Counted from the stretch's first letter, positions 14,025 to 28,625 are shown. The stretch: DNA of 64,000 nt from Octopus vulgaris (GCA_951406725.2 OX597817.1:171492001-171556000), one strand, 5' to 3'. The notes: generated by a model from the letters alone, not told the origin. Translations and numbers: made by a program.

Positions 14025-14793
14025 TATATGTATATATATGTGGCTTTGTACTTGTCCTTTCACCATCACTTTACAACCAGTGTTTGTTTGTTTACATTAC
14101 TGTAACTTAGCAGTTCGGCAAAAGAGACTGAGAGAATAAATACTGGACTTTAAAACCTAAGTATTGGGGCTGATTTGCTTGTCTAAAACCTTTTAAGATG
14201 CTGCTCCAACATGGCCACAGTCCAATGACTGAAACAAGTGAAAGATAATAGAACGCATGTTCTTTGATTTTTTTTTTTAAAGATAATGGAATGTACTTGG
14301 CAATCGAAGGAGAGGGGCTTTCTCCATCCGGTGAAGATGCCGACGACCGCTCGGTTCAAAGTCTCCCTTGACCTCAAGTGGCCTGAACTCTTTACATGAA
14401 CACCACCCTGTACATAACTCCATGTCCCCCTACATGGCCTTGCTTTTTGCTTTTTGAGCCAAAAAATTAACTAACTAACTAACTAACTAACTATTATTTC
14501 TAACAGATCAAGCAACCATTAGGGAGATGTAGAAATCCTGTTTTCAGAGATGTACTGAGTACAGTATTACTTAAGGCAAATATTAGTATTCTTCGGAGAT
14601 GCAACTGGCCATCAATACAGAACGGAATTGACTCATATGAATCTACATATTATTTACATGCAGTTAATTGTATCATTTCAGCTGTGTTTTATAACTCTTG
14701 AAACTGGAGAATGAAACTTGATACACACACACACACATGGGCACATACACATACATACATAGACACATGTCTGTCTGTATATGTGTATATGTG

Positions 14794-14854
<61 letters not shown>

Positions 14855-15644
14855 AAAACTAACGAACATAATGTTTTTAAGTATTATCTGCATTTAATGT
14901 GGGAAGAGGTATTCTTGCAAACATGATTCATCTTATTTAGAAAAATAAATAAATAAAGGAAAATGTCGTGGTTAATGCACTGAAACCCATAATTTTTGTC
15001 ACTAATTTTCTAGAAGCTACCATACGTACATTGTCATATGATCTTGACAAAGAACCAAGGGGAAAAGCAAGTAGTGCATTCCCAATCAATATTTTCACTT
15101 GTACAGCTTGACCTTTTTTGCCATTCCTGAAACTCAAACGTAGATGTTTCTGTTAGCATTTGGTTTCATCTCTGAATGGTTTGTTTTATTGCTTCCTTGA
15201 ATTGTCCCTGACTTGCACACAGCCCACATGTCAACTTTTTGATTGAGATGACCCTTTAAATGTATCTAAATTTAATGTTCATGGTGTATAATAAATACTT
15301 AAAAAAATAGAAAATGCCCTGTTCCTTTTCAAAGGGGCTCTAAAACGCAGTTCATTTGTTTCTTCTATAGTCATGTTTGTGATACTTAAAGTGACATAAG
15401 GTTTTGTGAGAGTGTGAGTCATAAATTGATTTGTGTTACTAATGATTCAGCTTTGATGGTTATTATGTTGTGTATACTGAAGTTCAATTTGTAATATATT
15501 TATCTTATAGTACCTGGTAATAATTTGCTGTATATGTGGTTCTGTGTACTTTGTATAAATGGTTGAAGCTTGATTCAAATTTGTGGTTATCATATAAAAA
15601 ATTAATTCCTCATATTTATTGCTGTCATTATTAAATAACACATT

Positions 15645-16315
15645 AAAGCAGTGAGCTGGCAGAATCGTTAGCAAGCTGGACAAAACGTTTAGCAGTATTT
15701 CACCTGTTGCTACATTCTGAGTTCAAATTCTGCCATGGTCAACTTTGCCTTTTATCCTTTTGCAGTCAATAAATTAAATACCAGTGAAATACTGGGGTCA
15801 ATGTAATCGACTAGCACCCTCCCCCAAAATCTCAGGCCTTGTGTCTTTAGTAGGAAGGATTATTAAATAAAACATTTAAGGTGGCGAGCTGGCAGAATCG
15901 TTAGCATGCCAGGTGAAATGCCTAGTGGTATTTTGTCTGCTGTTAGGGTTTGAGTTCGAATTCTGCCAAGGTCGACTTTGCCTTTCATCCTTTCAGGGTT
16001 GATAAAATAAGTACCAGTTGAGCGCTGGATTTGATGTAATCAGCTTATTCACAAACCCCCAAAATCATGGGCCTTGTGCCAAAATTTGAAACCATTATTA
16101 TTAAATAAAACATTTAAGGTGGTGAGCTGGCAGAATTTTTAGCATTGCTGGGCAAAACGTTTAGTAACACTTTGTCTGTTTTTATGCTCTGAGCTCAACT
16201 TCACCTTTTACCCTTTAGGGGTCAATAAAATAAGTACCAGTTGATCACTGGGGTTGATTTTATCAAACTATCCTTTCTCCAAAATTGCTGGCCTTGAGCC
16301 AAAATTTGAAATCAT
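15645..16315 (+). mobile_element. Three head-to-tail SINE family B copies
   Basis: Three GAGCTGGCAGAAT heads, each preceded by TATTAAATAA(A/C)ACATT(T/A)AAG. Confidence 0.8.
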
Positions 16316-18181
16316 TTAAAAATATAATGTGCTTAGACATTTGATCAGTCACATGACAAATAATTTTGTCTTATGTAACAAAGAAAATAAATTGCCAAGA
16401 AAATATTTGGTGTCGACCTTTAGACTCTCTCCCCTCGGTTTCAGCTAATTCATTCATCATCATCATCATCATCGTTCAATTATGATAACTAAAAGCTGCC
16501 TATGGCTTTAAAATTGCTATCATTTGAATTGTCTCCCTTTGTAATTGTACTTTGTAGAGTTCGACACTGATAGAGTTAAGCCTAATACCTATTAAAATAT
16601 ACTACTGCAGCGTTAATAAATTTGTAGCAGAAACACACTTTATTACTCAGTGCTGTGTCAGTGACAACAAAGGAGAGGCTGAGCTGTATGTGCCATCATG
16701 TGTCTGTACATGGCGACCATGTTTATTATTCCTGTAAAACTTTGAACCCAGAACTAAGAGTGGTAGTGATGGGGGTGGGTGGGTGTTGGGGTAAGAAGCA
16801 TAATTAAAATGATATTATAGTATTAGGATGCATACTTGATTCAGCTGTAATGATAATGATGATAGTAAATGCGAATAATTAATGTCTTACTTGGTGGATA
16901 TCTGCAGACTTGTAGAGGAATAAGTCTCAATACTTTACTCAGTATATTACTATATGTATGAGTGCGAAGGCTTAGTGGTTAGGGTGTTCAGCTCATAGTC
17001 ATAAGGTCATGAGTTCAATTCCCAGTGATGCATTGTGTCCTTGAGCAAGACACTTTATTTCAGATTAAACATAAAACAGGTTGAATATTTGAGCCAAATA
17101 TGGCTGGCTTAACTGCTAAAGAGTTAAGCAGGTGACAACTGAGGGAATAAAATTGTCAAGACTTTGCAGCTGAGTTTTGGTAAACAAAACTGTTACATAA
17201 GAATTCTTTACTGTTTCTTATAGCAATATAAGCCATTCTTGAGTTTTAAGATGCCCAGGTGGGATTTAAGGGAAATTTCAAAGCCATTTCTGCCAGATTA
17301 TAAAAGACCATGAAGAATATCCCTCACTGGGCCCTTTCACATTTGGTTAACTAAATGAGAGAACAATAATAGTTCATGTTGAGTTATTAATACTAATTAA
17401 TGATTTGAAAGTTTAGAGAGAAGAAAAGATATTATAGTTTTTGTGAGCTCAGCAGTGAAGCGGTATAAGCTGAGCTTTTGCTTTACTCAGTTTCCCATTT
17501 AAGATGTATCATACTATGTTCATGTAGTGTCAAATGCACTTTTTTCATGAAAAGGAAATGAAAAAAAAAAAAACCGATCATGTAATTTCCACTGTGTTGA
17601 TTTCACAACAGATGCACTTTCACTGCCGACTGTACTAGTAATCTTCAAATGCCACTTTTTGTTTCAAATGTGTTAACTTTCCAAAATATTATACAGCAAT
17701 TATAATAAATATGACTAACCACTTCTTTTACGATGTAACACAGAAAGAAAGTTGGAGTATTTTATCTGTGAGAAATATTTTTTACTGGGATTTCATAGCT
17801 CATAATTACAAGAGTACATTATACACAAGTATGTATTATAGATGAATAAACATGGTAATAGTTTTGTATAAATTAACATAACAGAGAAAATGTCGTTTGT
17901 GCATATGAATGTAATAAATCAGTGATATTTTGTTAGTGTTGAATAAAGCAATATTTACGACTAGAATAAATCTCACAAGAGGCAAGACCGCATCGGAGAT
18001 CATAGTCGATGGTAATGGTGGGAGTGAGGTGTATGTTGATTTGATGGTAGGAGTGAAAGCACTCATTAGGTGTAGTGAGAGGAAGCTAAGTGTACCTTAG
18101 TAGATTGTATGATATCATGTATACTTACTGCAGTGTTTGTATGTGCATAGCTATTTCATGAGATGTCTGTGTGATCATACA

Positions 18182-18217
<36 letters not shown>

Positions 18218-18458
18218 TATATATATGCATATATGGGTACAGGAATCACAAAATGTAAACAACATGAAATACGAAGACAAACTTTGGTATGTGATGCTCG
18301 AAATGAGGATTAGACGGACAGCCAGCAACTGATGAAGGGTTGTTTTCTTTATGTTACTTATCTTGCTTTTCATTTGTTTCTCTTGTTTTTTGCATACCAA
18401 ATTTTTGTCTTCGTATTTCATGTTGTTTATGTTTGGTGATGTCCTGTACATGCATATG

Positions 18459-18553
<95 letters not shown>

Positions 18554-19620
18554 ATACATAAGTAAGTTTGCAGGAGGGAAAACTAAATTAAATAAATCCC
18601 TGTACATGACAATCAACTGCTGGGGGATTTGAACTCAGAATGTAATGGTCTATACCTAAATACCACTAGGTATTTTGTCTGATGCAGTTGACTGGTATTT
18701 TATCATACCAAGAAGGATAAAAAGTAATGTTGATTTTGGCAGAATTTGAACACAGAATGTAAAGAGGTTGAACAAATACTGCAAAGCATTTGGTTCAAAA
18801 CATTCTAATGTTCTGTCATTTTAAGGCAGTAAATTTACTGTCAATTTACTGTTTTAAAAAGGCATAAATTTTAGAGAAGGAGTTAGTTAGCAGAAGTACC
18901 AAACTTCATCACTGAGAGGATAAAAGATGAAGTCAGCCTTTGTAGGATTTGAACCCACTATATAAAAAACCAAAACAAATACTGCTGAATATTTCATGAC
19001 ATTCTAACCATTTGCCAGTTCATTGTTCTCATTGTTTTCTCAGCATAAATGAGTCCCATGAAAAGCAGTTCTTATCTCCTGTTTCACAAAGAAAAGCAGA
19101 TAAGAAAAGATGCTTCTCTTAGAAATGATGTAAGTCTATCAGAACATATGTTTCTCATGTGATCTGGTAGCTAATTGTGACTGTGAACAAGATGAATTGA
19201 GAGAAAATGGACCAACATGCTCTCCTCTGAAATACACAACAAAATGCTAGTACTGGATTTGAACCAATGACCCATGTATGGATCATCATCATATAACATT
19301 CATGTTTCTTGCTGGTATGGGTTGGATGGTTTGATAAGACCTCATGGGTCCAATGACTGTATCATGTTCCAAAGTCTGCTTTGGCATGGTTTCTACAACC
19401 AAATACCATTCTTAGCACCAATACCAACCACTTTACAGTGTGAACTGGGTGATTTTTTTAAAGACATTAGCATCAGTGAGGTCACTACGAAGCTCACAAG
19501 ACTAAAATCTGCTCTGACTGAATGAAGCTACAATTGAAGAGGTTGTGGCTTTATGCTTAGAGATGAGAGGTTGTATGAGAAAGTGGCAAAAGCAGAAGTT
19601 TCCTGGCTAAGAATTATACT

Positions 19621-20180
19621 TCAATATATTATCCGTTCACCATGGAACTCACAAGGCTTACATTCCCTTCAATTGAGTGGGGATGCAGTAGAAAGAGAGA
19701 CTGCAATGTGCTTGGAAATGTAGGGTCAAAATGTGAGAGAAGGGGCTAGACTTGAACAGGCTTCTTGCTGTACAGGTGCAACATGTCTAAGTGTTATATT
19801 TCAATGTTATCCATTCACTGTGGAGCTCACAAAACTAATATTCATTTTGAGTGAATGAGGCTATAGTAGAGAGAAAGAGGCTGCATTGAGCTTGGAAATA
19901 TGGGGTCAAAATGTGAGAGAAGGGACTCGAATAGAATAAGTTTCTTGCAGTGGATGAGCCATATGGCTAGGTATTATGTCTCAATATATTGTCGGTTCAC
20001 ATGAAGTTCACAAGACTAAAATTCCTTTTGACTGAGTGGGGCTGCAACAGAGAAAGAGGCTGCTTCATGCTTGGAAATGAGGGGTTAAAATGTGAGAGAA
20101 AGGGGGCTGGAAAAAAACAGGTTTCTTGCTGTAGAGGAGTTATGTGGCTAAGTATTATGTTCCAATGTGTTATCCATTCA
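19621..20180. repeat. Tandem repeat, ~180-bp period, 3+ diverged units
   Basis: TCAAT starts at 19621, 19801/2 and 19981; GCTTGGAAAT...AAAATGTGAGAGAAGGG recurs. Confidence 0.9.
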
Positions 20181-20254
20181 GCCACTTGTTCCTTTACGGT
20201 AGGTTGTGCAAATAACACAGTGATAGAAATATTTTGAGGGAAAAACATACATAC

Positions 20255-20372
20255 CAGGTTGGATAAACTCTGGAGCATATTCTTTAGCTTTCATACGTGC
20301 AATATCTGAGTCCTGACCAGCCAATGACGCAGCATGATCAGCTTGCTCTGATTTTGAACGGGCATTAGCCAT
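20255..20372 (-). CDS. Probable first coding exon of the same gene: MANARSKSEQADHAASLAGQDSDIARMKAKEYAPEFIQP(G)
   Basis: Strong acceptor (ttttgttttgtctttttgcAG|AATGG, exon starts 20373), ATG at 20372-20370, donor CCTG|GTATGT after 20255. The 118 coding nt give phase 1, matching the phase-1 acceptor at 9026 (G+GA = Gly, then TDILNKK). Confidence 0.8.
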
Positions 20373-20841
20373 TCTGCAAAAAGACAAAACAAAAAAAATA
20401 GATATATATAAAAGAAAAACTCAAAAAAAAAAAAAATTCTACATAATACTGAGATAACATAGTACAATCATTATGAAATGAGAATACTATATCACTTAGG
20501 TATAACATAGAAATAAATTTATATTTAATACAGTATGGAAGCAGTAAATATTGGTGTGGATGGAATCTGATTGGATTGGATATAGCATGAAAATTTGCAA
20601 ATACAAGCCTGATATAACATAAGAAATATCCAGCAAAGAGAAATATGATATACTATGAAAGTCATAAATATAAACTGGATATAGCATGGAAAACAGTAAA
20701 TATTAGCAAGATGGGCAACAGAGGTCTGTATATGTAAATGAGATAATATCGAGGAAAGTAAGTAAATATAATTATATAGTGTAGGCATGGAAACCAAGGA
20801 TTGTATATGTACACACACGTATGCGTATGTGTAAGTGTGTG

Positions 20842-20876
<35 letters not shown>

Positions 20877-21195
20877 TGAATATATATACATTATAAATAT
20901 ATATCTATACAAATATGTGTGTGTGTATATATATATATAAAATAAAGGTTTCCTTCTTGAGCCATGTCAGGCTAGTTTCAATGGTGTAGATATTCCGCAC
21001 CTGGATGGGACACCAGTCCTTCGCAGGATTACTTACTTTTACCAGCTGAGTGGACAGGAGCAATGTGAAATGAAGTGTTTTGCCCAAGAACACAATGCAC
21101 CACTCAGTCCAGGAATTGAACCCACAATCTTATGATCATGAATCCAACACCCTAACCACTAAGCCACATGACTCTACTATGTATATATATATATA

Positions 21196-21845
21196 TGGAG
21201 CGGTATGATATGCCTGAGAAGACCTGTTGAGTCAAATAAAACCAATATCATAGCTGTGGCCAGTGCCCCCTGACTGGATCCTGTGCTGGTGGCACGTAAA
21301 AAGCACCATCCGAATGTGGTTGATGCCAGGTCTGCCTGACTGGCTCCTGTGTTGGTGGTATGTAAAAATAACCATCCGAACGTGGCCGATGCCAGCACCA
21401 CTTGACTGGCTCTTGTGCTGGTGGCATGTAAAAAGCACTATCCAATCATGATCGATGCTAGGACTGGCTGATTGGCCCCTTTTCCAGTGGCACATAAAAA
21501 GCATCATCCAATTGTGGCCAATGCCAGTACCCCCTGACTGGCTCCTGTGTTGGTAGTACATAAAAAGCACCATCTGAATATGGCCAATGCCAGTACCTCG
21601 TGCTGGTGGCACATAAAATGCACTATCCAAATGTGATCGATGCCAGGTCTGCCTGAGTGGCACATAAAAAGCACCCACTACACTCTTGGAGTGGTTGGCA
21701 TTAGGAAGGTCATCCAGCTGTAGAAACATTGCCAGATCAGATTGGAGCCTGGTGCAGCCGCTGGCTCTCCAGACCTCAGTCAAACCGACCCCACCATGCC
21801 AGCATGGAAAACGGACATTAAATGATGATGATGATGATGATGATA
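21196..21845 (+). mobile_element. SINE-like family C with seven internal ~66-bp repeats
   Basis: Seven GTGGCAC(G/A)TAAAAAGCAC-like motifs between ~21288 and ~21676, then the family 3' end and (GAT)n. Confidence 0.8.
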
Positions 21846-22012
21846 TATACATATTGCTTATATATAAATATCTGCTTTCTTTTATTTTCTTGGCCATATT
21901 TGCATATATGCATACATACACACACACACATACATATATACATACATACATACATACATACATACATACATACATACATACATACATGCATAACATACAT
22001 ACATACCTACAT

Positions 22013-22081
<69 letters not shown>

Positions 22082-22504
22082 CTCACACATGCACACAAAC
22101 ACACATATATACATATATAAAGATGTAGGAAACACTTGGATAGAATAAAAAAAAAGTCAGTTATAAAATATTGGTTTATGGATGTAAATTCATCTTTGGA
22201 AAATAAAATCAGAATATATTTAAGAAAAAAAAATTTAATAAAAATAAAAACCTAGGAGCAACAAAACAAAAAATCAAAAAAAATCTATTGATAATAATGA
22301 TATGTTAATACAATAGAAATATTGTTCCATCCTGATTTTGCAGAGAATAAAAGCAGGGATCAATAAACTTCTTGTACTGATTACCTTGTTGGTTGAATAG
22401 TCAAATATGATTATCTCGTCTTTAGGAAGGAGAACGAATTTCTCAACCACCACCACCAGTAGCAGTATCATCATCCTCACCCTATGCTACCACAACTCCC
22501 TACA

Positions 22505-22557
<53 letters not shown>

Positions 22558-23089
22558 CATGACAACAACAACAAGCATTACTACCACTGCTAACAACACT
22601 GTCATTACTACCAAAACTTCCATTGCCACGACCACCACCACTACCACCACCACCCATCCTTACTCCCATCAATCACCCCTCCATCATGACCATCACCACC
22701 CTTGACACCACCACCACCACCACCACCAGTCTAACTAACACCATCACCACAACCATCACTGCCAGTTTTATCATCACCATTGCCATCATTTGCACAAGAT
22801 GTTATTAACATGTTAATTATTTCTGACCTGTTTAACATTAACGAATGGTAATTAAGAAATGTAAAAAAGAAAATACTATCCTCATTAATACTGATTATAC
22901 AACAACTATTCCTTCTGTTCACAACAGCAACAGCATTTTCTTAATAGTCAATCACCAAGTCTGCTATGGTTCATGCAATTCCTGCATGACACATCCTTAA
23001 TGCGATTGTGAGACATGCAAGAAATAGCAGTCAAATTTCCTTGAAATCACTTCTTAATGTTTTAGATAAGGAAGGGAAATATTGCATCT

Positions 23090-23470
23090 TTTATCTTTTA
23101 CTTGTTTCAGTCATTAGACTGTGGCCATGCTGGGGCGCCACCTTAATGAATTTTTAGTTGAATGAATCAACCCCAGGACTTATTCTTATGTTAAGCCTGG
23201 TGCTTATTCCATCGGTCTCTTTTGCCAAACTGCTAAGTTATGGGGATGTAGACACACCAGTACCAGTTGTCAAGTGGTGGTGAAGGATAACACAGACACA
23301 AAGATACATGACGAGCTTCTTTCAGTTTCTATCTACCGAATCCACTTACAAGGCTTTAGTTGGCCTGAGGCTATAGTAGAAGACACTTGCCCAGGGTGCC
23401 ATGCAGTGAGACTGAACCCAGAACCATGTGGTTGAGAAGCAAACTTCTTACCACACAGCCACCCCTGTAC
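23090..23470 (-). mobile_element. SINE family A, diverged
   Basis: Homology to other copies. Confidence 0.8.
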
Positions 23471-24199
23471 CTGTGTCATGATTTTTGTCCAACCACTTAA
23501 TTTAAGAGTTAAGTCTGTGCCCATGGCTTCTAAGATGGGTGGGAGGTATAAGTCAAACTAGTAACTTGACCAGAATTCTTGGAGCGGAGCAGACATTGCT
23601 AACTGCATCCAAGGTGCCAGGTGTTGGTACTAAGCCAGGTGTTGCATTAAGTCATGCAGCCAGATTTTAAAATTGCGTGATGGATTAAATCTAATATGCA
23701 GGTGTTAAAGGCAAGCGAAGGCAGCCTTTCTTGAGAAGTGGGCCCACATGAGATATGACTCTTCATCAGGCAGGCTGCACTTCTGAAAAGAATTCAAAGT
23801 ATATTTTTGTTAGGCTGTTTCAAAAGTATAGAGGCTTGCAGCTTGCCCGTCATCATCATCGACATCATCATTTAACATCTGTTTTCTATGCTGGCATGGG
23901 TTGGACAGTTCGACAAGACTGTGCCAAGCTCTTCTGTTTGTTTTGGTATCACTTCTGCAGAGGGATGCCCTTCCTAATGTCAACGACTTTACAGAGTGTG
24001 CTGGATGCTTTTTATGTAGCACCAACAGCAATGAGGTCACCAAATAGTTTACAACACAAGATTCCTCAATTAATGGGGGCAGGGGTGGGACTAGTATTGA
24101 GGGAGGTGGCTTTGTGCCAGGAGATGAGAGGTTAGAGTAGGAATAGAGGGACAGAAATAAGGGTCTTACAGGACAGGAGAAACATGGTTAACTCAACAG

Positions 24200-24249
<50 letters not shown>

Positions 24250-24886
24250 TTCATTTATCAAATTCTAGAAGAATGAATAACAAAGTTGACCTCAGCAGGA
24301 ATTGAACTCACAATATAAAGTGATAATAATGATATGCCCACTCTTTTACCTACAATGTGAATGCCTGTTTTATTCTGTCTCATGCAACTTTAGTGTACAC
24401 CAATATACACCACACACACACACCACACACATATATGATAGACTTCTATGCAGTTTCTGTCAATAAAATTCATTCACAAGGTGCCATGCAGTTGGACTGA
24501 ACCAGAAACCTCATGGCTGTAAATGAGTTTCTTAACCATGCATGACTAAGCCATGCACACACACACACATATATATGTGTATATAATCCAAGATGGTGAT
24601 AAATAAAAATGTTCCATGAGGTAGGCTTGATAAGTGTTACGGAACTTCTCTCTTAACATGAAACCAATGGTAGCCTTTACCCATAAATAAAGCATTTTTA
24701 TCTACTTATGTGATGTTGAGCACTTATTTTCATTGTTCAATATTAACATTGTTAGGAAGGGCATCCAGCTGTAGAAACTTTACCAGATCAGACTGGAGCC
24801 TGGTGCAGCCTTCTGGCTCGCCAGTCCTCAGTCAAGCCATCCAACCCATGCCAGCATGGAAAACGGACGTTAAACGGTGATGATTA

Positions 24887-24939
<53 letters not shown>

Positions 24940-24998
24940 GGTGCTCCAGCATGGCCGCAATCAAATGGCTGAAACAAGTAAACGAGTATATAAATACA

Positions 24999-25040
<42 letters not shown>

Positions 25041-26945
25041 AACACACACACACATGTATTATGCATACAAATTCAAATACAGATGTAATTCTTTGTTTAC
25101 AGATCTAATGATAATATAAAGAATTTTTGGGAAAGTGCTCCATTTCCTTGGTTCTTTCAGAAGAACTAAGAATGTTCATCCCTGACTCAGCCAAAAAAAT
25201 ATATACAAAAACAATAAAAGATCAATATAATTTTCAGTTTTCTATGATTGTCACAGCGGGGAATCGGTAGAGAGGAAAATATTATTTACCAACTTGTGTT
25301 TCGGTCAATTAGCTGAAACTGAAACTGAAACGCTATGTGTGTGTGTGTGTGTGTCCGTGCATATGCGTGTGTGTGTGTCCGTGCATATGCGTGTGTGTGT
25401 GTGTCCGTCCATCAGCGCATGTGTGTGGTGTGTGATTTAGTATGTGAAGGCAGATCTTTAGTACATACAGCCTAGATTTGCTAAGCAACCGAAATGGTGA
25501 AGCAATAACCATAACTGCCACAACAACAGCAACGACAACAACAACGACAACAACAACAACAACAGCAATATATAGACAATAGCAGCAGCAGCAAAATAGC
25601 TGTAGCAGCATTGCATTAGTAATTTACTATCGCTGCGTTATCAAACATCCCTACCATCAGCAGCACTGTAATTATCAGCAGCAACATCAAGAATTATATA
25701 TATACGTATAACAATAACTGTGACAATAATGTCAACAGGGTAGCTTCTGCTTGGTCATTTGGCCAGGTAGAAACAGAAATAGCAGTCAAATCTCCCTCAG
25801 AATTATATTCCACTGTTTTAAGAAAGAAAGGATACATTGAATTAAGCAATGTCAAATGACTACAAAAAACAGAAAAAAAAATTAAAAAATACACTGGATC
25901 TTTATGGATGGAGGGGTTTTGATTATTGGCTTCTTAGAGGTAGGGCTGACCCTGGGCTAAAAGGACAACAATAGCAGTGGTTGAAGGAGCAATAGTGACT
26001 TCTGAGAGCCACAATGCTGTGAACAATTACAATAACAGCTGCAAAAACAAAACCACAAAGCAATCAAATTGCTTTTGGTTCAGTTCCACAACTGAAATCT
26101 TGGGCAGACGAATACATTGTGACTGAATTTGTCAGATGGGAACTGTGAGGAAGCCTGTTGCATGTGTGTGTGTGTGTGTGTACATATATGTATATATATA
26201 TACATATATATATATACACATATATATACATACATATATATATATATAGCCTCGCCTGGCACCTGTGCAGGTGGCACGTAAAAAGCACCCACTACACTCA
26301 TGGAGTGGTTGGCGTTAGGAAGGGCATCCAGCTGTAGAAACATTGCCAGATAAGACTGGAGCCTGGTGCAGCCTTCTGGCTTCCCAGATCCCCGGTCGAA
26401 CCGTCCAACCCATGCTAGCATGGAGAACGGACGTTAAACGATGATGATGATGATACATATATATATATTTATATATATGCATATATATATATATATATAT
26501 GTATACACACATACATATATACACATATATATACATATACATATATATATACACACATACATATATATACATACATATATATGCATATACATTTATATAC
26601 ATATACATACATATTTACATACACATATATACATACGCATTCATATTTACATACACACACATATATATATATACATACATACATATATATACATATATAT
26701 ACATGAGGTACTCAGAAATCTGGATGGTTTTATATTTACAGATATTTATTAGTATGTTACATGTCTTTATACATCATATATCATATATCATATATTAGCG
26801 CTTCATCCATTCTAGTGGACTTTTCAAATTGAACTTAGTTCAACTCATACTTATCCTAAAAATCCTGTAAGGATGAAAGGCAAAGTTGACCTCAATGGAA
26901 TTTGGACTCAGAATGTAAAGACGGACGAAATGCCGATATCTTGCC

Positions 26946-26982
<37 letters not shown>

Positions 26983-26999
26983 TAATAATGATAAGGAAT

Positions 27000-27610
27000 A
27001 AGAAGGAATATATTCACAGACATGACAGAGTTGGAACCTACATACATTGGAAGCTATGCCAACATTATGGAATAACAACAGAAAAAAGATGGTATAGGCA
27101 CACACCAGAAAAGGTCACAGAAAACGAGAAAGCAACCATACTCTGGGATATGCCGATACACACAGATAGAGAAATTAAGGCCAACAGACCAGATATAGTT
27201 GTCAGAGATCATGAAGAAAAAAAATGCTTTCTAATTGATGTATCAATACCAGCAGATGACAACGTGTCTCTAAAAGAAATGGAGAAACTCTCAAAATACA
27301 AAGACCTGGAAATAGAGGTAACTAGAATGTGGAACCTGAAAACAGAAACAATTCCTATCATAGTAGGTGCATTAGGCATGATAAAAAAATATTCAGACAA
27401 ATACATAACGAAAACACCAGGACTTACAAACACATATAACATACAGAAAATTGCACTACTAGGCACTGCAACTAGGCACTGCACACATCCTACGCAGAAC
27501 ACTTTCCATACAATAACCATCAGAGCATCACAACAAATCACAGCACATACCCAAGGCACACAGAGCTGCGCTCGGTAGTGAAGTGAAAGCACGCTATAAA
27601 AATAAAACTA

Positions 27611-27614
<4 letters not shown>
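27000..27614 (+). mobile_element. 5'-truncated R4/Dong-clade non-LTR retrotransposon (restriction-like endonuclease domain plus 3' UTR), copy 1
   Basis: Translation YIHRHD...ILWD...NRPDIV...LIDVSIP...EKLSKY...IIVGALG shows the RHD and PD-(D/E)xK motifs. Embedded in (AAT)n on both sides. A 13-bp tandem duplication (27458-27483) frameshifts the C-terminus. Confidence 0.88.
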
Positions 27615-27656
<42 letters not shown>

Positions 27657-28237
27657 GTGATAATAATAATAATAATAATAGTGATAATAATAATAATAAT
27701 AATAATGATAATAATAATAATAATGATAATAATAATAATAATGCCCTGATGTAGTACCAGACAGTGACTCTCATGACTCGAAAGGTGCTTTTTACATACC
27801 ACCAACACAGATTCTATGCATTTCAATCAACAATAACTGGGACAACAACAACAACAACAATTAGAATGGTAATTAACAACAACAGTTGTTCATTGACAAA
27901 GATATAGGGGGAAAAAAAATCAATGTCCTAAGCTATTCTAAACAGGTGTGTATGTCTTATTATTCTGTCGGTAATCTTAACTGATTAAGGTGTTTCAATT
28001 TTATTGTGTTACATATAGGAAACTCTACTGATTTTTTTTTGGGGGGGGGATTCTGTAAGGGGTAGATAAGGCTGTGTAGTTAAGAAATTCGCTTTCCAAC
28101 CATGTGGTTTTAGGTTCAGTACCACTGAATGACACCTTGGGCAAGTACCTTTTGCAATAGCACCGGTTTGACTCAAGGTATGTGAGTAGCTTTGGCAGAT
28201 GGGAATGTAAGAAGCCCATCTTAAATATATGTATATA

Positions 28238-28560
28238 AATTAGAGAAAAAACACCATGTAGCAATAAAACATGTAGCATAAAACATGTAGCATAAAACAT
28301 ATACCAATAATTAAGTGAAGTACAAAATAATAAATAAATAGTATATAATTGGTACTTCACTTAATTATTGGTATATGTTTTATCATATATTTAATTTTTT
28401 TCTATATGGTATAATTTAATTATATCATTGTTATTTCATTGTTGAATTGTTACATGGTGGTTCTTCTCTAATTTATATACATATATATTGTGAAATTTGA
28501 TTTAGTATTACTAAATTGAATTTTTCCCAGTAAGTTTGGAATAATATTCCCCAATATTAT
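28238..28560 (-). repeat. Fold-back element related to 13785-14024 (nested inverted arms)
   Basis: 32-bp arms at 28292-28323 / 28352-28383, outer arms at ~28238-28265 / ~28446-28474. Shares GGGAATA..TCCAAA.TTAC.GGGAAAAA with the 13.8-kb element. Confidence 0.75.
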
Positions 28561-28585
28561 TATTATTATTATTATTATTATTATG

Positions 28586-28625
<40 letters not shown>

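Noticed and set aside
21232-22104. 290-aa ORF with internal repeats
   Set aside because: Antisense read-through of a family C element plus (CATA)n.
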